Below the pieces are notes generated by a model. It did not search any database and was not told where the DNA came from. It saw only the letters and a program-made list of their open reading frames with translations. From the sequence record NC_048077.1: a stretch of DNA of 64,000 nucleotides; one strand, written 5' to 3'. Position numbers and translations under genes: made by a program. Each line of letters starts with the position of its first letter. The first letter of the stretch is position 1. Of this stretch, positions 27,090 to 36,850 are shown piece by piece.

Positions 27090-27752
27090 TTAAACTTCTA
27101 CGGTGCCTTTTTTCTTGGTTTTAGCAGCCTGCTTAGAACCGGTTTTCTGAGCGGCGGTGCCTTTTTTGTGCTTCGTTTTGGAAGTCACAATTTTACCATC
27201 TTTCAGGTGCGGCATCGGTTTCAGATTCGGTTTGACCAGACGTACTTTGGTCGCTTTCGCTTTCGGCGTAACCAGTTTGTTACCCTTGATCATCGGCTTA
27301 CGTGCCAGACGCTGTTCCATACGTGCCTTCTGTTTTGCAGCAAGGTTGGTACGAGCAGCGGCCTGTTTAGCAGCGAGGTTGCCACGAGCAACTTTCTGGC
27401 GAGCAACCAGCAGTTTACGAACGGTAGCCTGAGATTTTTTCGCTTTTTTCAGACCAGCGGTGTAAACAGACAGGCGTTTTTTCAGACGACTTTCCAGAGA
27501 AGAAGTTTTATCTTTCTTCTTCTGATCGCGCAGGTGTTTAGCGCGTTTGTTGTCGAACTCTTTATCCGCTTTGTCTTTTTTGGTAGAAGCCTTTTTATTG
27601 GTCTTCGTGGTTGCCGGTTTGGTAGAAGCCTTTTTGGTGGAGGCTTTTTTGGTTGCCGGTTTGGTGGTCGCAGGCTTGGTGCTTGCTTTTTTCTTGCTAC
27701 CGCCTTTCTTCGGGTCTTCCGGAGAAGTCAGTTTACGATTTACTTTAGCCAT
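27090..27752 (-). CDS. Histone H1-like lysine/alanine-rich basic protein
   Basis: Very K-rich with KKASTK/PATTK tandem repeats; GAGG RBS, AT-rich upstream region and its own terminator. Confidence 0.75.
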   Translation of the reverse strand: MAKVNRKLTSPEDPKKGGSKKKASTKPATTKPATKKASTKKASTKPATTKTNKKASTKKDKADKEFDNKRAKHLRDQKKKDKTSSLESRLKKRLSVYTAGLKKAKKSQATVRKLLVARQKVARGNLAAKQAAARTNLAAKQKARMEQRLARKPMIKGNKLVTPKAKATKVRLVKPNLKPMPHLKDGKIVTSKTKHKKGTAAQKTGSKQAAKTKKKGTVEV

Positions 27753-27887
27753 TGTTAAATCCTCATTTCAAGTAAAAACATTTTTCTCTATGCACAAAGA
27801 AATTATTATTTCAAATTCAAAATTGAAAAATAAATCTCTTACCAATAAATTAGTATTCGAATTCAGATTTCTCTTAGAATTTTTTCT

Positions 27888-29018
27888 CTATGCAGTATAT
27901 CCGATCTCCGACAGTATCGTATCGACTTCATTCATTGCTTCGATACGCAGAGATTTTTTTATCCCCGACGCTTTGAGAAACTTCTTCAAACCATCTTTAG
28001 GATGTATGTCGGAAAGAACTTTTTCCGAAATATCTACTTCCATTATATTATTGAGATCTGCGTTTTTATTTGCAGATAACAAAAGAGAAATGTTAGGTAC
28101 TCGAACACGGATATCAGAGGGAATTTGAACTCCGTCTGCCACAACAACACGATAACGAATCGCTGGATTCACTTCTAGCTTAGACCATTCTTTCTGATCT
28201 TCAATTGCAACAGTCTGTAAACGGAAGCCCGGCTTACTGTCAACGAACTTGTGTTTGACAATAAGTTTCTTCCCTTTGTATCCGGCCTTGATGTGAATGA
28301 ATCCTTTCGGTAACGCTTCACCAAATGTTTTCTGATAAGGTGAACCGCAGTACAGGAAACGTTTTGATTCTAAGTCCTGATACAAATGAATGTGACCACT
28401 GATTGTATAATCGCGTGGATCAACTTTGATATCCTTTTTAGTTTTGAGTGGACGACCGTTATCGCCCAACGCGCCGATAGCTTCGACGTGACAGAAATTC
28501 AAACATGGTTTTTTATGTTTGATACTTTCTTCTGCCGGATGTGGAAGGAAGTTAACAACCACACCATCGAGAATCATTTGTTCAGGACGCAAAATGATCT
28601 TGAGAGTCTTTAAGAAATTCCATTCACAAAAACTCTTAATCAGATCCATACTGGTCTGAGTCTTGTCGCCCCAATCGTGGTTGCCGCCGCAGTAGTACGT
28701 CCAGATAATTCCATCGTACTTCATAAAGAATTTCATCAGCAGATATTTTGTGTCGTCGGTCATGCGATACTTATCCGTGATATCGCCCGGAACAATCACA
28801 ATGCTGATTCCATTTTCAATCGCGTATTGATAAACACGATCAAGCGTTTCAAGTTGTCGCTCTACGCTATCCGTAGGAAAGTGTTTATCCAATCCTTCCA
28901 GATGCCAGTCAGAACATACAATCGCCTCCAACATTTTCTTGTCAGAGTCTACAGGGTTATAAACAGATTCAGTGGAGTAAGCCGACTCAATCGAATCAGC
29001 GATGCGTTTCTTTTTCAT
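27888..29018 (-). CDS. sbcD: SbcD/Mre11-like nuclease (metallophosphoesterase)
   Basis: SDWHL, PGDITD, GGNHD, SGHIH and YCGSP motifs. Confidence 0.9.
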   Translation of the reverse strand: MKKKRIADSIESAYSTESVYNPVDSDKKMLEAIVCSDWHLEGLDKHFPTDSVERQLETLDRVYQYAIENGISIVIVPGDITDKYRMTDDTKYLLMKFFMKYDGIIWTYYCGGNHDWGDKTQTSMDLIKSFCEWNFLKTLKIILRPEQMILDGVVVNFLPHPAEESIKHKKPCLNFCHVEAIGALGDNGRPLKTKKDIKVDPRDYTISGHIHLYQDLESKRFLYCGSPYQKTFGEALPKGFIHIKAGYKGKKLIVKHKFVDSKPGFRLQTVAIEDQKEWSKLEVNPAIRYRVVVADGVQIPSDIRVRVPNISLLLSANKNADLNNIMEVDISEKVLSDIHPKDGLKKFLKASGIKKSLRIEAMNEVDTILSEIGYTA

Positions 29019-29106
29019 AATGCGTCCGGAAGTTTCTTTTGTTTTTCTTTACAGATTTGCGTGTTAGATTCTTTCGATTTGAGCAAATTAATTCAGAAAT
29101 GAAAAT

Positions 29107-29125
29107 GGGCAGCACAAAGGCCACC
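29107..29125 (-). terminator. Intrinsic terminator, conserved family copy 1
   Basis: GGGTGGC-CTTGT-GCTGCCC followed by ATTTTCATTT. Confidence 0.7.
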
Positions 29126-29132
29126 CATTTAT

Positions 29133-29657
29133 TTATTTACGATTTGTAGCAAACTTTCCGGTTTCTTTAAACGACAACCAATCACGCCATAAATACACAA
29201 CACGTTTGTTTTGCCTTAAAGCATAATCCACGCAGTTCTGAGTTCCAGACGGCGCACCGCAAGCAAGAGCAAACAGCGTATCAGCTTCATCAACTATTTT
29301 CTCATTTCGAAAATTAAGTGCGAAAGCAGGGTTGTCGATCAACTCAAAAGTTTCTTTGTCGATGCACACACGAACTTCACTACTACGATTTAAGATACCG
29401 TCGAGTTCGAAAACACTTTCAACAGGCCATCGCGCATTAAAACCCAAATACGGAATCATGCTGATTACCTTGTGTCCTTGCTCAATCGCAGCGGTCGCTA
29501 TCGCCTGATCGAATCCAAGAGCGCATCCTTGCACTATCGTTACATCGGTATCCAATTTCAATAAAATTCTATGCGCGAACCGATACAGCTTTTTCTTAGC
29601 GCATGGAGTAAACCCTCCAAGTCTGTTTGGTCGGTGTCCAGTAAATCCGAGAATCAT
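29133..29657 (-). CDS. SLOG superfamily YspA/DUF1273-like protein
   Basis: MILGFTGHRP...QGCALGFDQAIA...RNEKIVD...SGTQNCVDYA. Confidence 0.85.
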   Translation of the reverse strand: MILGFTGHRPNRLGGFTPCAKKKLYRFAHRILLKLDTDVTIVQGCALGFDQAIATAAIEQGHKVISMIPYLGFNARWPVESVFELDGILNRSSEVRVCIDKETFELIDNPAFALNFRNEKIVDEADTLFALACGAPSGTQNCVDYALRQNKRVVYLWRDWLSFKETGKFATNRK

Positions 29658-29703
29658 TTCTAAATCCTCTTAATAAGCACTAACCATTTACAGATTTGGA
29701 AAA

Positions 29704-31668
29704 TTACAGGTAGCGTTTCAGCATTTTAATCGTAAAGTCTACGTCGCCCTCTTCACCAATGAAAGTTGCAATCGGCACATTGGTTTTCGGATCTTCTGAA
29801 ACCTCTGCGCGAACGTCATAATCGCGAGCGAATTCATAGACACTATACCATTCACCATCTTCTTCAAATTCAATGTCGTCACGTTTGCTTGTGAAGCGCC
29901 CATTAGGAATTTCAATTGATTTGGTGGTAGGCGGTGCGGGTTCCGCTTTCTTTTTCAAATACTGAATAAATGAATCTGCCGATGTGGTTTTATCAAAGCA
30001 AACAAACATAGGAGTGTTGCCGCCTGCCTCAAGAGAGGAAACCAAAAGAACAGGTTTCGGATTATATTCATCCATCCAATCGAAAAGATCTGACTGCATC
30101 GAACGACGCTCGCTATAAGTATCAGCGCCTAGATCGTAGAACGTGAATTCCGCAATTGTTTTATCCGTAGGTTTAACTAAGAATTCCCAAATGGCATAAA
30201 ACGTTTTAGGAACAAATTTCTTCGCCTTCTTGAGAGAAGCCAGAGTTGCATACTTGCCATGCAATTTCGACATTGCATAGTATATTTTGAAATAATAAAC
30301 ACTGGTTTCATCAGCAGACTCTAAAACTTCACTCCTGCTATCTTCGCTACAAGTGCGAGCAAGAATCATCCAGAAAGTTACTTCCGGATCATTTGAAAAA
30401 TCTGCCAACTCTGTAGCGATGTTCAAAACCTTCGCCGCATTCTTCTCTTTATCCAGAAGACGTTCGATAAGATAATCTGTTTCGCCTGACTGCAAAAACT
30501 CTTCAACGGGAATCGCTTCATGCGCTGTCCGGATGGATTTAAAATCCTGACGTGCTGCAAGAGTTTTCATAATCTCATAGGCAAGATACTTATACTTTTG
30601 TTTTTTGAATTTAGAGAAAGCGTCACGCAACAAAGAATCTTTTTGCGGATTCTCTTCTATCGCCCTGACCCAAAACTCATAGGCTCTAGGAACCAGCTTA
30701 GAGATATTCTTATATGAAATTGCCGCAGGAATCTTTTTAAAGAGTTCCATTGCAGAATCATCAGTTGCGTGCATACCTCCAACGCGAGAGTTACGCGCTT
30801 TAGCCGCTTTCTCTTTCGCATCATAAAGTTTATCCAGCGCCGCATCCAGTTTGTCCATTCCAAGCAAGGCGAGTTTTGCGATACCTGTAATTGCAAAATC
30901 CCCATCGCCGTCATGATACAAATCTTTCTTGCGTGTGATGATTGAAGGAGAAGACGATTTATCGGTAATAACGTTGATGTTTTCGTCTACCCACTCCTGA
31001 ACTTTTCGCACAAACAGAGTATCTTTCGCGTCCGGATACGCAACTTCGGCAACGTAGCGGAACGAAGATCCGTTTGAGTTCACGAATTTTTTCATCAGCA
31101 AACGCATGATAGGTTTGTTGATGTTCTTATCGTCGGCGTTTACCAGATAAGCAATCAGCGTGTTGGCTTTAACGTCCTTAACGATATACTTCTTATTGCT
31201 TCCATCAACAAGGTTCATGCAGCTTGTCCAGCCGCGATCCGTACTCATACCAGCCACATCATAGGGGTGCATGGAAAGGCAAACGAGTTTATCACCTTTC
31301 GCAGCCGTAACAATCTGACGGCGATTCGCATCGTTATCAAAAAGTTTTTTCAGTTCAGGCTGTTTAGATAAAACTTTGCCGAGACGTTGCACACGATCAT
31401 GGCGATCTTTTACCGTACCTGCCGCATAGTCCAGAAGTTCGAAATTGTTTTCACGAAGGAAAGCGGCAATAGGTGACGGCACATGAGAATCAGGAACGCG
31501 AATATTACGCTCAACCGCATAGTCAAAATAAATGCGGTACGCTTTCTTGCCGCGCTTATGAGATTGCTGTTCGAATATCTCCAGCAATCTCTGATCAGGT
31601 TTCCAGCCACGCATATAGTTTCGATACTGCGAAGGCTGCAAGGCACTAATGCTGACTACTGTTTTCAT
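29704..31668 (-). CDS. Hypothetical protein, paralog A (possible internal head protein)
   Basis: Shares an N-terminal domain of about 220 aa (LSMHPYDVAGMST.RGWTSCMNL) with 31665..33452; begins MKTVVSISA. Confidence 0.75.
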   Translation of the reverse strand: MKTVVSISALQPSQYRNYMRGWKPDQRLLEIFEQQSHKRGKKAYRIYFDYAVERNIRVPDSHVPSPIAAFLRENNFELLDYAAGTVKDRHDRVQRLGKVLSKQPELKKLFDNDANRRQIVTAAKGDKLVCLSMHPYDVAGMSTDRGWTSCMNLVDGSNKKYIVKDVKANTLIAYLVNADDKNINKPIMRLLMKKFVNSNGSSFRYVAEVAYPDAKDTLFVRKVQEWVDENINVITDKSSSPSIITRKKDLYHDGDGDFAITGIAKLALLGMDKLDAALDKLYDAKEKAAKARNSRVGGMHATDDSAMELFKKIPAAISYKNISKLVPRAYEFWVRAIEENPQKDSLLRDAFSKFKKQKYKYLAYEIMKTLAARQDFKSIRTAHEAIPVEEFLQSGETDYLIERLLDKEKNAAKVLNIATELADFSNDPEVTFWMILARTCSEDSRSEVLESADETSVYYFKIYYAMSKLHGKYATLASLKKAKKFVPKTFYAIWEFLVKPTDKTIAEFTFYDLGADTYSERRSMQSDLFDWMDEYNPKPVLLVSSLEAGGNTPMFVCFDKTTSADSFIQYLKKKAEPAPPTTKSIEIPNGRFTSKRDDIEFEEDGEWYSVYEFARDYDVRAEVSEDPKTNVPIATFIGEEGDVDFTIKMLKRYL

Positions 31669-33452
31669 TGTTCATCATCCATCATAACTAATGCAGCATC
31701 AAGAATACTTTCTTCCACTCCGAATCTCAGATCTTTTTCGGTTTGAGGAATCGTAGGGTAGAAAATCATTTTGCCGTGTCCGTCTTCGGTATAACCAAAG
31801 TTGAACACATCTGCGCCCTCTTTGAGAAGTGAAGGGAAACGCGGATCATCGGCAACACGACTGCCTGCATTGAATTCGTTATCCACTTCAAAGTAAGCCG
31901 CGAGTTTCTTACGCGACTCTTCCGACATTTTGCGCATGATTACCGTAATAACATACGAGCCGATACTAACCTCGTAGTTGGAATCAGGTGACTTAGATAA
32001 GTACAGCGCTTTTAATTGGTACTCACTGCGACGGAAACTAACGGCATGATCGATAACATATGCCATAGGGATCACGTCTTCGAATTCTTTCATTGCTTCC
32101 ATGAAAGATTGATCGGTCTTCGCGCTATAACCTTCACCAGCCATATCTGCAATTGCTTCTAAAGCAACTTCGGGATCGCGAATGTAGTTTTTGCGAATAA
32201 ACAAATCAACAAACATTTTCACAATGCGATAGCGAGAAGAAAGTTTCTCGCGAGCAAAAGGTGCCCACACGCCAAGCGAACGAGACAGACGGCGAACCAT
32301 ACTGCCGATAGATTTATTCATGCCGAATACTTTCGCGCCCATTTCAGATTGCTGCAAAATAACTTGCTGCAATACGATGGATGCAAATACTTCACGCTCA
32401 CTGCGAATAGCAAAAGCGGCAATGCGTGCCATCATAAGTTCAAAATCACGCGCACTGAAAACTTCTTTAAATGCTTCGAGGATGGTAGCCAGAACTTCTG
32501 AATTAAGTTCGTGAGGGCTTTCCATTCTTTCTTGCGTGAAGATCATTCCAAACAGTTCATCTTTAAAGCGACGCGCCAGAAGTGACCACTGCATATCGCT
32601 AACGACAGAAAGAGGATGCGTAGAAAGAATATTTTTAACCTCAACCGGATTGCTTTCTGCGTAGCTCAACTGAGGGAAAATACTTTCGCGAGTATCGGAA
32701 TAAAGATCTTCGTGGATACGATAACGATACTCCAGCGACTCGCCTCCGAGAAGTTCTTTATTGATTTTCTCGTCAACGAAACTCTGAACACTCTCGATGA
32801 ACGGAAGGTTAGGTGCCGGATAAACACGCTCAACGTGATAAATGAATTTGGATTTTGTTTGTTCAGAATAGAAACGTTTAATCAGAACACGACTCAACGG
32901 ACGTTTGATATCACGGTCGGTTGTGTCAACGAGATATGCAATCAGCGTATGCTGTTTTACATCGTCACGCACAAACGCTTTGTTGATGCCATCGACTAGA
33001 TTCATGCAGCTAGTCCAACCGCGCCCGGTACTCATTCCCGCAACGTCATACGGGTGCATACTCAAGCAGATAGATTTCTTTCCGCGAGTAACTTCAACCA
33101 GAGCTTTACGTGATGGATCAGTTTCGAAAATCTTTTTCAGTTCCGGATCTTTTAAAACTTTACCCAAGCGCATGATGCGATTGTGTTTGTCCTTCACCGT
33201 GCCTGAAAGATAGTCCTCAAGCACAAAACCCTTCTCAATCAAATAATCTTTGATTTCAGAAGGGCATTCAGGCGCGAAAGTTTTAATCAATTTGTCAGAC
33301 TGAAAATCGAAGTACAGTCGCATAGCTTTTCTGCCAGTACGACCGCTGATTTTCTGAAAGAGTTGCAGCATTTTAGGATCAGGCCGCCACATCTGCATGA
33401 ACGGTCGATACTGCGAAGGAGTCAATGCACTTAAACTGACTTCGATTTCCAT
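31665..33452 (-). CDS. Hypothetical protein, paralog B (possible internal head protein)
   Basis: Paralog of the downstream gene; begins MEIEVSLSA. Confidence 0.75.
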   Translation of the reverse strand: MEIEVSLSALTPSQYRPFMQMWRPDPKMLQLFQKISGRTGRKAMRLYFDFQSDKLIKTFAPECPSEIKDYLIEKGFVLEDYLSGTVKDKHNRIMRLGKVLKDPELKKIFETDPSRKALVEVTRGKKSICLSMHPYDVAGMSTGRGWTSCMNLVDGINKAFVRDDVKQHTLIAYLVDTTDRDIKRPLSRVLIKRFYSEQTKSKFIYHVERVYPAPNLPFIESVQSFVDEKINKELLGGESLEYRYRIHEDLYSDTRESIFPQLSYAESNPVEVKNILSTHPLSVVSDMQWSLLARRFKDELFGMIFTQERMESPHELNSEVLATILEAFKEVFSARDFELMMARIAAFAIRSEREVFASIVLQQVILQQSEMGAKVFGMNKSIGSMVRRLSRSLGVWAPFAREKLSSRYRIVKMFVDLFIRKNYIRDPEVALEAIADMAGEGYSAKTDQSFMEAMKEFEDVIPMAYVIDHAVSFRRSEYQLKALYLSKSPDSNYEVSIGSYVITVIMRKMSEESRKKLAAYFEVDNEFNAGSRVADDPRFPSLLKEGADVFNFGYTEDGHGKMIFYPTIPQTEKDLRFGVEESILDAALVMMDDEQ

Positions 33453-33462
33453 GATTAACCTC

Positions 33463-33834
33463 TTACGCTTTCACTTCCAGTTCGTGATCGCCGCTGTTCC
33501 AAATAAGTTCGCGAATATTGCGCGGCATAATAATGCAACCGCTCGAAGCGGTTCCGGGATTCTTGACGCTATCGCCGTGAATCTGGAAAGCACTACGACC
33601 GAACATTTGATTTTCTTTCGCCGGAGAAAGATCCATCGCATACGGGCCAGTTTTCTGACTTGTGCGCGGAGCGTTAATTGTGTAGTGACCAATCGGAAGT
33701 GGCCCTTCACCAACAACAGCAGTATCGGCAACAACATTTTTGTGTTTACCTTTTCCGCTATAACCAGTCGCAACGCGCTTCCCGTTTTTATCCAGCATTT
33801 CACCGGACGTAATATGATAAGTCCACATCAACAT
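33463..33834 (-). CDS. Tlde1/DUF2778 family L,D-transpeptidase-fold enzyme
   Basis: GYSG..GEGPLPIGHYTI...FGRSAFQIHGDS...ASSGCII carries the H-x(n)-SxGC catalytic signature. Confidence 0.8.
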   Translation of the reverse strand: MLMWTYHITSGEMLDKNGKRVATGYSGKGKHKNVVADTAVVGEGPLPIGHYTINAPRTSQKTGPYAMDLSPAKENQMFGRSAFQIHGDSVKNPGTASSGCIIMPRNIRELIWNSGDHELEVKA

Positions 33835-34397
33835 TTACCTCTATAGCGAAGATAGTTTTGCAGACAGCAAAAAACTGTCTCTTTAAGTTTATGTTCCATC
33901 TGCGCATCTTTTTGGGAAGGATCTCGCAAGCAAACTTCTACTGTTTCACGCGCCCAATCTACCGAAGCCCAATCCACATCAAACATCCAACCGAATCTTT
34001 CATGCCAATCGCGAAGAATGTCATCCAGATCTGGAGTACGATCAACGCCTAAATCAGAAAGAGGATAAATCAGAGAATAAAGTGGAGGGGGTGCAGATAG
34101 GCTAGTGCCTGCGCCGTCGAATTTATCGAAAGCCTTTTGCACATGCCAGAGAGTTTCTTCGGTGGAGAGTGGTTCAACTTTTCGCAGCACATATTTATTT
34201 GCCGACAAACCAGCTTGCGCAAGAGTAGCACGGCAAACAACATTGTCGCCTTCATCATTTATGTACGCGAAAAGATATTGCGTGTTGCTGATCTTTCGAG
34301 AAGCAACAACACGCACATCCAGCTTTCCACGATTCAAAACTTCTTGCAAGGCACGGTTGCTTAATGCCGCCGAGATAGAAACTAAAATCTCCATCAT
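33828..34397 (-). CDS. Hypothetical protein with the N-terminal ISLS-type motif
   Basis: Begins MMEILVSISAA. Confidence 0.7.
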   Translation of the reverse strand: MMEILVSISAALSNRALQEVLNRGKLDVRVVASRKISNTQYLFAYINDEGDNVVCRATLAQAGLSANKYVLRKVEPLSTEETLWHVQKAFDKFDGAGTSLSAPPPLYSLIYPLSDLGVDRTPDLDDILRDWHERFGWMFDVDWASVDWARETVEVCLRDPSQKDAQMEHKLKETVFCCLQNYLRYRGKC

Positions 34398-34412
34398 TGC
34401 CTCGCAATAGTT

Positions 34413-35405
34413 TTATTTACCTGCGTTGGCTGTGATGCCTTTCGCCGCTTTCAGGTAGTTGCCTGTAGAGAGTTTGGAACCTTTGACAGCTTCGATGGAT
34501 TTAACTGCTTTCGCAAGTTTCGCCGCCAGAGATTTCAGAGTTCCGCGAATGGTTCCGCGACCAGCACCAGTGGCGCTATGCGTCAGTTTATATTCTTCGC
34601 CCTCGCGTTTGATCGTCGCTTTGAATCCTTTAGATTCAAACTGGATTTTATCGCCAGACGCTTTCAGCGTGGAATTTTTACCAGTGACGTTTTTGGCAAT
34701 CTCATTAATTGCTTTCATATGAGATTCCGGTACAGATTTAGAAATCTTCACATTCTTCTGAACAGTTTTACTCTTAGGTTCGCCTGTAGAACCGGTGCCT
34801 CCTTTTGGGAGAAGGTGTCCATACAGTCCTTTTCTACCCCCTTCCAATTTTTTCTTATCTGCGGCGGCGCGTGCTTGCTGGATCGTACCGCCAGTGGAAT
34901 TTTTGGCTTTTTTGGTTTTGGTTTTGCTGGCAAGCTGATCAAAAACAGACTGGCTTGGAGCACGAACCAAAGTAACAGGTTTCGCAACGCCTTTAACTTT
35001 CAGAGTTGAGCCAACAGAAATTTTTGCAAATTTCTTCGCATCAAAAAGATCCGGAGCGCTGAAACCAAACGTAGCTTTGATGCCGAAAACTTTACGCAGA
35101 GCTTTGGATGCAGCAGACATTGCCTGAGTAGCCGCAGTTTTGCAACGGCGCACTTCTGGCTGCATTGTGGCAATGCGAGTTTTGCGTGCATCAGAAGGTT
35201 TCGCTTTCTGAGCTTCGCGCAGTTTTTCGAGATTGGCTTTGGTTTTGTGATACTTGCTCGCTTCTTTATAAGCGGTTTTAGCCAGCTTAAAAGCAGCAGC
35301 AATATCAGGGCGCACTTTGGGCAAAAACATGATCTTCGTGTTAGCGCCTTTACCGATAACTTGCCACGACGGGGCGACAGCAGACAGGCTGAGAATCACT
35401 TTCAT
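34413..35405 (-). CDS. Lysine/alanine-rich basic protein (possible internal head or DNA-binding protein)
   Basis: 330 aa, very basic; begins MKVILSLSAV. Confidence 0.7.
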   Translation of the reverse strand: MKVILSLSAVAPSWQVIGKGANTKIMFLPKVRPDIAAAFKLAKTAYKEASKYHKTKANLEKLREAQKAKPSDARKTRIATMQPEVRRCKTAATQAMSAASKALRKVFGIKATFGFSAPDLFDAKKFAKISVGSTLKVKGVAKPVTLVRAPSQSVFDQLASKTKTKKAKNSTGGTIQQARAAADKKKLEGGRKGLYGHLLPKGGTGSTGEPKSKTVQKNVKISKSVPESHMKAINEIAKNVTGKNSTLKASGDKIQFESKGFKATIKREGEEYKLTHSATGAGRGTIRGTLKSLAAKLAKAVKSIEAVKGSKLSTGNYLKAAKGITANAGK

Positions 35406-35407
35406 TT

Positions 35408-35875
35408 TTATTTTACCTTAACAGCTTTTGCTGCATCGAATTTTTCCTGAGAGACAAACTTGAACGCAACCAGTTTGCCCAATTTCCCAACGCGTGCCGT
35501 AGGTTTACCCGGCTTGTTGATAACCGAATAGGAAAGACCAGCAACTTTGCGTGCAGCGGAAACTTCGGACTTCAAATGCGCAAGTTTTTTATTGTCTTCC
35601 TGAATTTCTGCTTTCAGTTTAGCGCGGCGGGTTTTCAAACTCTGCTTACCGTCCGGAGTTTTAGCGGCTTTGATTTGTGCCGCCATTTTAGCATAGCGCT
35701 CTTTTTTAGTTTTCAGGGCGTTGAATGCTTTGTTACTTTCGGTACGCGCTTTCAGATAGGCTTCAAACATTGTTTTAACCAAAGGGCTTACCAGAATGCT
35801 TTTGCCGTCGAATTTGTATTTCGAACTAGCGGAAGTCGATTGCTGTTCAACCGACAGATCAATTTCTACAATCAT
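35408..35875 (-). CDS. Lysine-rich protein
   Basis: Begins MIVEIDLSVEQQSTSAS; helical K-rich body. Confidence 0.7.
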   Translation of the reverse strand: MIVEIDLSVEQQSTSASSKYKFDGKSILVSPLVKTMFEAYLKARTESNKAFNALKTKKERYAKMAAQIKAAKTPDGKQSLKTRRAKLKAEIQEDNKKLAHLKSEVSAARKVAGLSYSVINKPGKPTARVGKLGKLVAFKFVSQEKFDAAKAVKVK

Positions 35876-36447
35876 TTTGTTACTCCAACATTAGCAGTGA
35901 TATTAACAACACGGTTGAACCAACCATAAATATTAGATTCTTGCGACTCATCTTTAACAGCGATGTTGTACAGGAAAGCAAGACGCAATCCATTATACAC
36001 ACGCGCAAGGATTTTAACGTCACGCACTTTGCAATACGATTCCAAAGCGGCAAGAGTCTTTGGCCCGATGTTAGCGGCAGGTGCAAAATCCGGATAAAGT
36101 TTCTGGCGGTCATTCAGAACGTTCAGCAAACCTTGAAGCGGTTCGATTGCATTTGCGGGAGACGAGTTAACAGCGAAATCGAAAACCCATACAGCAAGTT
36201 CTTCGCTGAACTTAGCAAGCTGATCGCATTTGCACATATCCCAAAAGTTTTTACGATAGATTGCTACCGCTGTCTCTTTCGGTAAAGTTTCCATGCTTCC
36301 AGTGTAGCCAAAATCACGCGCAGTTTTCTCGATGATTCCCCACCGAGTTGCTTTGCCCCGATCCGTGGCACGGTTCGTAAACTTACTGCCGCCTTCACGT
36401 CCAATAACTTCTTCAATTGCCTTTTCAGCAAGATTTGCAGTAGCCAT
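35872..36447 (-). CDS. Glycoside hydrolase family 108 muramidase with C-terminal PG-binding domain (endolysin-like)
   Basis: REGG...DRGKATRWGI, YRKNFWD, VFDFAVNS, IGPKTL and YGWFNRV motifs. Confidence 0.9.
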   Translation of the reverse strand: MATANLAEKAIEEVIGREGGSKFTNRATDRGKATRWGIIEKTARDFGYTGSMETLPKETAVAIYRKNFWDMCKCDQLAKFSEELAVWVFDFAVNSSPANAIEPLQGLLNVLNDRQKLYPDFAPAANIGPKTLAALESYCKVRDVKILARVYNGLRLAFLYNIAVKDESQESNIYGWFNRVVNITANVGVTK

Positions 36448-36500
36448 AATATTTTCCTCTCCTTGCAGGATAGAAGAAAATTAGCATTAGAATAGAAAAA

Positions 36501-36519
36501 GGGCAGCACAAGGCCACCC
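36501..36519 (-). terminator. Intrinsic terminator, conserved family copy 2
   Basis: Identical GGGTGGCCTTGTGCTGCCC followed by TTTTT. Confidence 0.75.
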
Positions 36520-36526
36520 TTTTAAA

Positions 36527-36850
36527 CTAAATGAACTTATAGATTGCCAGTGCTGTAGCGCCTTGAAATAAACCGATATCCAACACATAAAACTTTTTAT
36601 AGTGCGAAGGCATGTCGTCACACAAATACGCGTACAGATAGAATAGCCCAATATTCAACAGCGCAGACACAACGTAAAAAATCATTTCCTGCGATTGTGT
36701 GTTGAATGCCGGAACATAACTCAACGACAGCAGAAAACTTATTGCGAGCGCAATTGAAATTTTTGGATTGTTGCGAAAGTCAGACAACTCACATCCGATA
36801 ACCACAACAATGACAGCCATCCAAATAAAATACTCTGTTTCGAGAGTCAT
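36527..36850 (-). CDS. Small multi-pass membrane protein
   Basis: Three to four hydrophobic segments in 107 aa. Confidence 0.65.
   Translation of the reverse strand: MTLETEYFIWMAVIVVVIGCELSDFRNNPKISIALAISFLLSLSYVPAFNTQSQEMIFYVVSALLNIGLFYLYAYLCDDMPSHYKKFYVLDIGLFQGATALAIYKFI

Noticed and set aside
27157-28128. Several plus-strand hydrophobic ORFs with apparent repeats
   Set aside because: Antisense products of the lysine-rich histone-like repeats.
36527-36850. Holin assignment
   Set aside because: It is a membrane protein near GH108 but separated from it by a terminator and in the SbcC operon; no holin-specific features.
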